Below are positions 56,492 through 64,000 of a stretch of DNA of 64,000 nucleotides, piece by piece (the first letter of the stretch is position 1; each line of letters starts with the position of its first letter). A program made the position numbers and the translations under genes. The notes under the pieces were generated by a model, which saw only the letters and a list, made by a program, of their open reading frames with translations, was not told where the DNA came from and did not search any database. The DNA comes from an uncultured Gammaproteobacteria bacterium (GTDB lineage Bacteria; Patescibacteriota; Microgenomatia; Levybacterales; UBA12049). The DNA is taken from the NCBI GenBank assembly GCA_964610465.1, contig CAZSWA010000007.1, positions 4,062 to 68,061 on the forward strand. The letters run 5' to 3'.

Positions 56492-57556
56492 ATGTCTAAA
56501 GTTTTTTATAAAGCGCTTGGACAAACAGAAATCTGGCCCAATCTCACTGGTATTTATCCAAGTTCTTTAACCTACGATGATGTCCTCCTTGTTCCTCAAA
56601 ATTCAACTATCTCATCCCGTCAGACAGTTAATACAACAATTGAGTTCGGTCCATACACACTTACCAGGCCCGTTATTACCGCTCCAATGGATACTATCAG
56701 TGGTGAAACAATGATACGGGCACTTGCCAGCTTTGGCGCAATCGGTACATTACCCAGAGGAAATTTAGAAGTGAGAAACAAATTATGTAAAGAGTTTACA
56801 AAAGAGACCATTCCCTGTGTCTATGCTATTGGCCTTAAAAATGGTATGGAAGAGGCCAAGACCTTAGTTAAGAGCGGTGCCAAAATACTTTTGCTTGATG
56901 TGGCACATGGTGGACTCGTATCTGTAATAGAGCTGGCAAAAGAAATAAAATCCAGATTTAAAAAAATCTTTCTTATTGCCGGTAATATTGTGACATATGA
57001 TGAGGCAAAAGCGTACGCAGAGTCAAATTCCATTGATATACTCCGTGTTGGAGTTGGTCCGGGAGGTCTTTGTAAAACCCGCATTGTCGCAGGAAGCGGT
57101 TTCCCGCAGCTGTCAGCTGTTTTTGAAACAGAAAGTGTCGGTTTGCCTGTCATTGCAGATGGCGGAGTAAAGCATCCGGCAGATGTAGCCAAAGCAATTG
57201 CAGCTGGAGCAACAATTGTCATGATGGGAAGTCAATTTGCAGGAACTGATGAAACACCAGGCGACTACACACTGAAGGGGATGAAAGTTGCCCGTGGCCA
57301 GGCATCAAGTGAATATATGAAAGACTCAGGTATTGAAACAAGTGAATTTCGAAGTGCAGAAGGAATAAGTGTAGAAGTCGCACCACGCGGACCTGTCAAA
57401 AACGTAGTTGATGAACTCATGGGAGGTCTAAGAAGTGCGATGAGCTATGCGGGAGCGCAAAATATAAAAGAATTTCAAAAGAAAGCGCAATTTGTATATG
57501 TTTCATCTGCTGCCAAAGACGAAGGCCACCCGTGGATAAAAAAGATTTTTGTATAA
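56492..57556 (+). CDS. IMP dehydrogenase/GMP reductase family protein, no CBS domains
   Basis: LTYDDVLLVP, APMDT, DVAHG, VGVGPGGLCKTR, IADGG, GLRSAMSYAGA. Confidence 0.9.
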   Translation: MSKVFYKALGQTEIWPNLTGIYPSSLTYDDVLLVPQNSTISSRQTVNTTIEFGPYTLTRPVITAPMDTISGETMIRALASFGAIGTLPRGNLEVRNKLCKEFTKETIPCVYAIGLKNGMEEAKTLVKSGAKILLLDVAHGGLVSVIELAKEIKSRFKKIFLIAGNIVTYDEAKAYAESNSIDILRVGVGPGGLCKTRIVAGSGFPQLSAVFETESVGLPVIADGGVKHPADVAKAIAAGATIVMMGSQFAGTDETPGDYTLKGMKVARGQASSEYMKDSGIETSEFRSAEGISVEVAPRGPVKNVVDELMGGLRSAMSYAGAQNIKEFQKKAQFVYVSSAAKDEGHPWIKKIFV

Positions 57557-57641
57557 CTCACATTTTGTCATTCAATTGACACTAAAATGTCAAATATTTC
57601 ATTGAAAAATTCTTTACAATAGTAATTGTAAATCCTATAGC

Positions 57642-57670
57642 TTGACAATAGATGGCATAAACGGTAAGAT
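57642..57670 (+). promoter_or_regulatory. sigma70 promoter of the aminotransferase gene
   Basis: TTGACA-17-TAAGAT. Confidence 0.7.
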
Positions 57671-57699
57671 TACAAGTTGAGATAGAAAATAATCATTAT

Positions 57700-59079
57700 A
57701 TGAGTCAAACCGAACAACCTACTTCACTTACACAAAAATCAATTATAGTAAAGAAACATACTCCTGAAGAAGTATTAGGACTTGAATATACACTTCCGTC
57801 ATTAAGCCAAGAAGCAATGAATTTACAGCCAAATTCATTAAGAAACATGTTAGCTCCCAACGGAGAACAAACATGTGCACTTTCTAGTGGATATCCATGG
57901 ACACGGGTATCTCATTATGGAGATATTGTCGGCTATCAATATCTTTTAAATCTTGAAAAAGGTGCAAGTGAAAAATTTGCAACTTATGGTCCTACACCAC
58001 CCGAACCACAATTTCGTGACACGCTTCAACAGGTTTTGAAAAAAGATGGGATAAATGTATCAAAAGAACAGATTTTTATATCAGGTGCTGGATCTCAAAA
58101 TCTTATCGATCTTTCTATGCGATGTCTAGTACAACCTCATGAAACCACAGTACTTTTGCAAGATCCTTACTATGCCGGTGCGCAATCTGCTATCTATTCA
58201 AGAGAACCAAGAAGTGTAGAAGCAATTCCAACAAAAGAAAGCGGCAGAATAGATTTAGACGCATTAAAAGATTTGGTTATTCGAAGTAAAAAAATGAATC
58301 CAAGTGTTGTTGCGTACTTTAGTACAGACAATGCAAATCCTACTGGTAGTAGCTGGACTCCTGAAGAAGTAGATGGAGTTGCTGAGCTGGCAGAAAAATA
58401 TGGAATTTGGCTTATTAATGACTTGGCTTATAAAAGATTACATTATCAATCACCAGAAGGAGAAAAAACACCATCTCTTCAAGAAAAGGCACCAAATCAT
58501 ACAATTACAATTCGTTCTTTTTCTAAAGAAGCTACTTCTCCTTCGTCACGTATCGGATATATTGCTGTTCCGCCTTTAAATAATCTTCCTGAAAAATTCT
58601 TATTGGCATTACAAACAAATATTCTCTATGTGCCTCAAGATAGACAATTGGCTCATGACTGGTACATAAAAAACAAATTTGATTCCCATATTAATGACGT
58701 GTTAATACCTCTTTATGATACTCGTACTCAGGAGTTAGACAGAGCTGTCCAACAATACTTTCCAGAAGGCACAAAACTTTTAGGAAATCCAGACCATCGA
58801 GGAGGTATTTTTAGAATGACTGAACTATCAGAAGGATATGACGTTACAAAACTTATTGAACCTATGTTTGAAGATACTGGAGTTCTTATATTACCTGGTT
58901 ATGATTTTACTGTAGGCGATGAAAAAAGAAAAAGAGAAGTTGGAGGAAGACGCATACGTCTTGGAGTCGGTATGACAAGAGCAAGCTCTGAGATTCCACA
59001 GAAAGAAAGAGAACATACAATTTATATTGCTGAAGGTATTCGAAGAGCTGGAAGTTTCCTCAAAACTAATCGACCTTGA
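57700..59079 (+). CDS. PLP-dependent class I aminotransferase (LysN/MocR-like, no HTH)
   Basis: GSQNLID, NPTG, DLAY, SFSK....SRIGY. Confidence 0.85.
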   Translation: MSQTEQPTSLTQKSIIVKKHTPEEVLGLEYTLPSLSQEAMNLQPNSLRNMLAPNGEQTCALSSGYPWTRVSHYGDIVGYQYLLNLEKGASEKFATYGPTPPEPQFRDTLQQVLKKDGINVSKEQIFISGAGSQNLIDLSMRCLVQPHETTVLLQDPYYAGAQSAIYSREPRSVEAIPTKESGRIDLDALKDLVIRSKKMNPSVVAYFSTDNANPTGSSWTPEEVDGVAELAEKYGIWLINDLAYKRLHYQSPEGEKTPSLQEKAPNHTITIRSFSKEATSPSSRIGYIAVPPLNNLPEKFLLALQTNILYVPQDRQLAHDWYIKNKFDSHINDVLIPLYDTRTQELDRAVQQYFPEGTKLLGNPDHRGGIFRMTELSEGYDVTKLIEPMFEDTGVLILPGYDFTVGDEKRKREVGGRRIRLGVGMTRASSEIPQKEREHTIYIAEGIRRAGSFLKTNRP

Positions 59080-59086
59080 TATTTTT

Positions 59087-60631
59087 TTATCTGAAACTTA
59101 ATCCAGGATCGATACCGGGATCAAAAGGAATTTTTGTTTGTTCATCTGTCAGAAGAAAACGCTGGATTTTATAGCCGTTTGGAAAATGGACTTCACTCTG
59201 TGGTTTGTCATTAATTTTGACTAAATTAATTCTCCACCAATCATCTTTCATAAAAGGATTGTCAGGCGGAGGAGGAGCAACGACAAGATAGGTAACTGGT
59301 TTTTTTTTAAAATAATGAGCGTCTATAGATTTATATTGTTTCCCCGCGTAGGACATCGCATACTTTTCTCCATACGCTATCACATCTGGTGAGTAGACAA
59401 AATAACCAAAACTTTTATCATTTGACGTATAGACTTTTTGTGCTACTTTGTATAAAAATTGCCATGAATCTATATCTTTGCCAATAATTGCTTTTGAAAG
59501 TTGTGTTTCATTTATAGCGCTCATGGTATTAAGGATATAGAGGAGAAAAAAGAAAACAAGAAATACTTTTTTAAATCTGGATGTGACAAAAGAACAAAAA
59601 ATAAGAAAAACAAACGGGAAAAAGGGATAAAAGTAAAAATAAAGAATTGGTCCGCGATTGATAAGACTTAGTACAAAAAATCCAACATAAAAATAAAGAA
59701 AACTTAGATAGATAAGTCGATACTTCTTGTCTTTTAGTTGAAGACCGATGAAGAAAAGAACTATTACAAAAAGAAAGGCATTTCTATATCCTGGGTCAAC
59801 TCGCAAAAGTTCAACACCTGTCATCATGAGTTTAAATCTGTCATAGGCAAGTGCAAGATAACTAATACTGTGATTGCCGCTTTGGGGTGATAAATAGCGA
59901 AGAACCGAATGAAAGAGAATAAACTGATGCCGCAAATCAAAAATAATATAATTGGCAAGAGTTATAATTACAAAAAGATACATGAATGGATGGAAAAGTA
60001 ATGTAAGTCTTTTTTTACTGTCATTTTTGGCCACAACAGAACGAATAGATGCAATCGTAACAAAAAGAAATGACAACACAATAAGCGGTATACCAATTGC
60101 CATTTCAAATTGGATAATAAACCCTGCAGTTATGATATGTGCTATTAAAAATCTGAGTTTTTGTGTTTGTATATATCTCACAAAAAAGAAGAAAAATAAC
60201 GGTAAAAGAAACAACGCGCCATGCGGGTTGATAAGTCCTTTAGCGTGAAAAGACATATACAAAGAATTCATAAGTACATAGAGAATTGCAGTTTGTGTAT
60301 CAAATAATTTTTTCGCGACAATAAAACTCAAAGCAAGAAAACACCCGATAAGAAAAACCCAATTCCATCCAACTGCCACAGGATTGCCTTTGCCCAGTAC
60401 AAAGGCTGGATAATTAAGATAAAGCCACACTGGACCATGAAAAAGTCCTGAGACACTGGACTTTGGACCAATAAGCACAATCTTTTTCTGACTTATCTCC
60501 TGATAGAGCAAAAAATCTCGGGCAATATCTGATCCAAAATTGATATCCTTATGCAATACATACCACGAGGCAAAGAACAAATTCAAACCAATAAGAAGAA
60601 AAAAAGTGAGGTATAAAATAGCCTTCATCAT
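59087..60631 (-). CDS. GT-C fold membrane glycosyltransferase (GT39-like), paralog of 6220..7797
   Basis: SDIARD, LIGPKSS..GLFHGP.W.YL; multiple TMs. Confidence 0.75.
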   Translation of the reverse strand: MMKAILYLTFFLLIGLNLFFASWYVLHKDINFGSDIARDFLLYQEISQKKIVLIGPKSSVSGLFHGPVWLYLNYPAFVLGKGNPVAVGWNWVFLIGCFLALSFIVAKKLFDTQTAILYVLMNSLYMSFHAKGLINPHGALFLLPLFFFFFVRYIQTQKLRFLIAHIITAGFIIQFEMAIGIPLIVLSFLFVTIASIRSVVAKNDSKKRLTLLFHPFMYLFVIITLANYIIFDLRHQFILFHSVLRYLSPQSGNHSISYLALAYDRFKLMMTGVELLRVDPGYRNAFLFVIVLFFIGLQLKDKKYRLIYLSFLYFYVGFFVLSLINRGPILYFYFYPFFPFVFLIFCSFVTSRFKKVFLVFFFLLYILNTMSAINETQLSKAIIGKDIDSWQFLYKVAQKVYTSNDKSFGYFVYSPDVIAYGEKYAMSYAGKQYKSIDAHYFKKKPVTYLVVAPPPPDNPFMKDDWWRINLVKINDKPQSEVHFPNGYKIQRFLLTDEQTKIPFDPGIDPGLSFR

Positions 60632-60705
60632 ATTTGCATATAGTATAGCATCTAATAATAAAAGATGTGACTCGACAACACCACAGTATAGTTTATAATA
60701 TGGGT

Positions 60706-61128
60706 ATGTTGCATGAAGCCGTTATATTCGTATTTTATGATACAAAAACGAAAAAAGTATTATCAGAAAGACGACTGCCAGATGCCAAACGGTACCCAAA
60801 CCAGATAATTTTCCCATCAGGTACTGTGGAAGACAAGGAAAAAGATGATGTTTCCAAGGCACTCCTGCGGGAGATACGTGAAGAATTAGGAGTAACACCA
60901 ACCATATATGCAGAACTAAAAGAGACGGAACCTTTTTTTGATACTCAAACTGGTGACATCCTGCTTCATCCTTTTGTTATTATCAAGTGGAAAGGACAAT
61001 TACCCAAAACCGTTCTTGATAAAGGTAATCCTCTTATCTGGCAGACATTGGAAGAAGCAGCACACTCTCCTATCAAATCACGAAGCATAATAGTTGAACG
61101 AGTGAAAAAATATCTGGCAGGGAAATAA
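60706..61128 (+). CDS. NUDIX hydrolase
   Basis: SGTVE......ALLREIREELG Nudix box. The ATG at 60706 lies 6 nt after TATAAT. Confidence 0.88.
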   Translation: MLHEAVIFVFYDTKTKKVLSERRLPDAKRYPNQIIFPSGTVEDKEKDDVSKALLREIREELGVTPTIYAELKETEPFFDTQTGDILLHPFVIIKWKGQLPKTVLDKGNPLIWQTLEEAAHSPIKSRSIIVERVKKYLAGK

Positions 61129-61137
61129 AAATACAAA

Positions 61138-61770
61138 TTAAAGAGTCAGTCCTGAAAGCTCTCTCAGAAAAAGGTTATAATCAAGCTCATTTACCATCCC
61201 ATCATCATTTAAATCCGCTGCTGTTTTATCTGTACAGGATGCAGTATCTGTTATATTGTCAAAACAACTCATAAGTATCTGATAGTCCATAATATCTAGT
61301 TTGTTATCATTATTGATATCACCATTTACCAGATATACTGGTGGGATTGTATTGTCCTCTTCAGAATTCCGTGTATAAGAAATAGTTTTCTCCAAAAATC
61401 CTTTTTCTTTAATAGTGAGAGTATAGTTTCCTGTTTTTACATCGTGAGCATCAATGCTTCCTGTAAAGTTTCCATTTGTTATATCATAGGTCATAATAGT
61501 GTTTTTGGTAACAATAGGTGTTGTTTCATCAAGAAAAAAAGAGAATGTGATTTGTCGACTGGTATGCACGGGAATTGGAGGTTGACTAGCACTTGGACTG
61601 GCATTTTTGTTATCTCCTCCATTTCCAATCCCGTGAAGATAGACAGTAAAAGATATTTTCTTGTCAAAATCTTTATGCACTGCTTTATCTGCATAGACAC
61701 TCTTTCCGAAGAAAAAAATTGATGCGAGAAATAGTGCAAAAATACTTAAAATGGAAAAAACTTTTGTCAT
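61138..61770 (-). CDS. Secreted dockerin-repeat protein, paralog of 26190..26822
   Basis: GDINNDNKLDIMDY, DLNDDGMVNELDYNLFL; shared GIGxxG and HxxR motifs. Start set at MTKVFS. Confidence 0.8.
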   Translation of the reverse strand: MTKVFSILSIFALFLASIFFFGKSVYADKAVHKDFDKKISFTVYLHGIGNGGDNKNASPSASQPPIPVHTSRQITFSFFLDETTPIVTKNTIMTYDITNGNFTGSIDAHDVKTGNYTLTIKEKGFLEKTISYTRNSEEDNTIPPVYLVNGDINNDNKLDIMDYQILMSCFDNITDTASCTDKTAADLNDDGMVNELDYNLFLRELSGLTL

Positions 61771-61821
61771 ACGAACGTTTTGTATCCTACTCCAATCATG
61801 AGGTATCGTCAAGTAGATATA

Positions 61822-63684
61822 TTACACAAGTAGAATTTGCTCAGAGTTCTTAAGAAATTTTTCTGATATTGGTAATTTATGTCCTTTGATAAGTGATCTC
61901 ATTTTCTTTTTTACCTCAGCTATTGTTTTTTCTTTTTCAGAAGGATTCATTTCTCTTTTAGTTAGTTCCATAAGAGTTTTTATGTAATACTTTGTGTAGT
62001 AAGATGTAGTTGCATCAAATTTTCCAAAGTCCTGCTCAAGTACATCGGTATTGTTGAATTTACCTGTCAGATTTACCTGTTCTAATCCTATTTGTTCAGA
62101 TAAAGTCAGGTGTTTTATTGTTTCTGTTTGTTTTCGTATCGCTTCTTTTTGTTTCGTAATATTCTCCATCCATGTACTAAAACATGTATCAATAGCATCC
62201 ATAATATGAATTATATCAATCCTTGCAGGAAGAACATATATGGTATCCTTGCTATGATCTGATCTACTAGAGATTCTTACCTGTATTCCACCACCCTTTT
62301 CTTTTTTGTAACGCACAGTGTACTTCCCGCTTGTATGAACGATATCAACTTGCTCATCTGTTCTGGCAAATGGAACCTGCCGGTACTTTACAGGTATCTG
62401 TGCATGATTTTGAGAATTTTTTTCAGGAACGTAAAGAAGTGCTGGATTGGCTGTAATAAGTATACCTTCTTTGTCTATATCTTTTTGCATATTTGTATCA
62501 GATGTACTTTGATATGCTACTTGCATATCAATCTTTTTGCCTTTTGCCACATCATTCCAATTAAGTTTAAGTCCATGGGCTGAGATAGAAATACTATCCG
62601 GATTCCGCAAATTTTCCGGTAACACTGATTTCATAACTCCATCTATTTCAACAAGTGTCTCACCGTCAGATTCCCTGGTAATTTGTATTTTGCCAATTTC
62701 CTTTCCTTTCAATTGTTGTCCAAAAAAATCATATGTTAGCTGTTGTTTTGCCAATGGATGAAGTTTATATATACCCATCTCAACGATTTTACTTTTGCCA
62801 ACGGTAGTACGGCCGAATTTGTATAATAAACCGCTCTCTGCGATAAAGGAAATTGCCTTTGCAGGCTGGTTTTCCTGTACAGGTAAATTCTTCTTTTCAA
62901 TTTCTGTCTCAAGCCCTTTCAAATTTCTCCCAAACGGTTGTTTAGAAATAATAGTAATAGCCTGCAAAATGTCACTTTGGAAAAAGTTAGCAGTCCGTGT
63001 TAGTATTTCATCCGTTTTTCTTTTGACATATCCTGCAAGTTTGCGTTCTTCTCTCTTTTCTGTATTTTCAGGATAAGAAATTATATTCAGGATTTCTAAA
63101 TGAGAAACAAGCAATTTATATGCCTCATTAGTAAGATTTATCCCCTCTTCCCTGGTAATAAGTGGAACAAACTCAGCATTTCCGTTAAGCAGTACTATAT
63201 CTTTTAATTTTCCAGTCAGTTCTTCATAGTCCAATTCATACCCAAGTAATCCTGTAAGTGAATCAGCAAATTGTGTATGATCAATAGGCTGTTTTCTCCG
63301 GCTTTCCTGTCTTTTATGTGCAAGTTCAAGGATTGCAATTTTTGTATCAGTATCAAGTTCTGTTTTTGCATGATATGCCCTGTATGCACCCTGACTTATA
63401 TCTTTTTGAATACGAGTAAAAAATCCAATTCGTTGCCATCGTTCCTGAAAGCAATTTTGTATTGTGTGTTGAATATGTCTATCTTTCACTGAATCAGCAA
63501 GATGGCGAAGATAAGTATACGCATTTCTTCTCTCACCATGAGAAGTAGACCCATATTCTACTTGCCGTGTAATAAGAGTAACATAGCGCTCAAGTTCTTC
63601 CGGACTGTCTTTATGAACCTCAGCTTCTTTTATTGAACCGCTGACCCGCTCTATCCAAGGCATAGATAGCTTGATTATACTCAT
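61822..63684 (-). CDS. Large hypothetical protein
   Basis: 620 aa open frame; no motif recognised. Confidence 0.7.
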   Translation of the reverse strand: MSIIKLSMPWIERVSGSIKEAEVHKDSPEELERYVTLITRQVEYGSTSHGERRNAYTYLRHLADSVKDRHIQHTIQNCFQERWQRIGFFTRIQKDISQGAYRAYHAKTELDTDTKIAILELAHKRQESRRKQPIDHTQFADSLTGLLGYELDYEELTGKLKDIVLLNGNAEFVPLITREEGINLTNEAYKLLVSHLEILNIISYPENTEKREERKLAGYVKRKTDEILTRTANFFQSDILQAITIISKQPFGRNLKGLETEIEKKNLPVQENQPAKAISFIAESGLLYKFGRTTVGKSKIVEMGIYKLHPLAKQQLTYDFFGQQLKGKEIGKIQITRESDGETLVEIDGVMKSVLPENLRNPDSISISAHGLKLNWNDVAKGKKIDMQVAYQSTSDTNMQKDIDKEGILITANPALLYVPEKNSQNHAQIPVKYRQVPFARTDEQVDIVHTSGKYTVRYKKEKGGGIQVRISSRSDHSKDTIYVLPARIDIIHIMDAIDTCFSTWMENITKQKEAIRKQTETIKHLTLSEQIGLEQVNLTGKFNNTDVLEQDFGKFDATTSYYTKYYIKTLMELTKREMNPSEKEKTIAEVKKKMRSLIKGHKLPISEKFLKNSEQILLV

Positions 63685-63782
63685 GTCTCAACCAAAAATC
63701 AAAGCTATAGGTTTAAAGAGCATCTTAACAAATTAATGCCTGTTTTTTACCAAAATCTCATCAAGTCATGATATTATAAATT

Positions 63783-64000
63783 ATGGCAAAGGTAAAAGAG
63801 CGTTCTCATCATTCTCTCCATGCTCATGCAATTGGCATGATTATGCTCCTCACCATTCAATATCTTCTTGGAATTTTAACCAATTTATTTGTACATTTTC
63901 CGGAGTATGAACATGGTGGACAGCTTTGGGTATTTGCCTGGAAACAAATTCCTCTTGCGCTTCATATCATTGTCGGGATACTTCTCTTATTCGGGACAAT
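63783..64000 (+). CDS. 3'-truncated membrane protein (absent from the ORF track)
   Basis: MAKVKERSHHSLHAHAIGMIMLLTIQYLLGILTNLFVHFPEYEHGGQLWVFAWKQIPLALHIIVGILLLFGT... open to the window end. Confidence 0.75.
   Translation, partial: MAKVKERSHHSLHAHAIGMIMLLTIQYLLGILTNLFVHFPEYEHGGQLWVFAWKQIPLALHIIVGILLLFGT

Noticed and set aside
1222-63492. Numerous short antisense or nested ORFs in the track (e.g. 2389..2742, 5875..6138, 42772..43062, 54794..55132, 56821..57222)
   Set aside because: Most are shadows of well-supported genes; none shows motifs or expression signals.
1-64000. CRISPR array, rRNA, integron or IS transposase
   Set aside because: No regularly spaced repeats, rRNA motifs, integrase, or DDE/HUH transposase recognised.
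1-64000. Genetic code 25 (TGA=Gly)
   Set aside because: TGA ends several clear genes (ATGA overlaps), and long genes are uninterrupted under the standard code.

Overview
AT-rich, gene-dense bacterial chromosome segment using the standard code (TGA acts as stop). Gene content points to a Patescibacteria/CPR genome, probably Microgenomates (Levybacteria-like); this is inference. Indicators are DUF5663, dockerin-repeat proteins, an ATP-cone/Mrr fusion, archaeal-type PpcA, several GT-C glycosyltransferases, secG plus an SBP5 protein, and many genes with little or no leader. Housekeeping genes include purD, murI, malQ, ppcA, nadD/nadE, rnhB, secG, a yvcK-family gene, uvrC, uvrA and an IMPDH/GMPR gene. 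The window also holds a MarR-regulated efflux operon, an SxtL/J/I/K-like carbamoyltransferase module, a two-component pair, an Nramp + 2xPRC-barrel operon and two tRNAs (Arg-UCG, Lys-CUU). No CRISPR array, rRNA, integrase or transposase was seen. The most striking non-coding signals are: (1) a conserved three-box structured leader in front of both tRNAs; (2) three orphan-ORF islets, each with a sigma70-like promoter, an rRNA-type boxA-like motif and a structured leader; (3) palindromic elements, one inserted in-frame inside uvrA. All calls were made by eye; no database searches were run.
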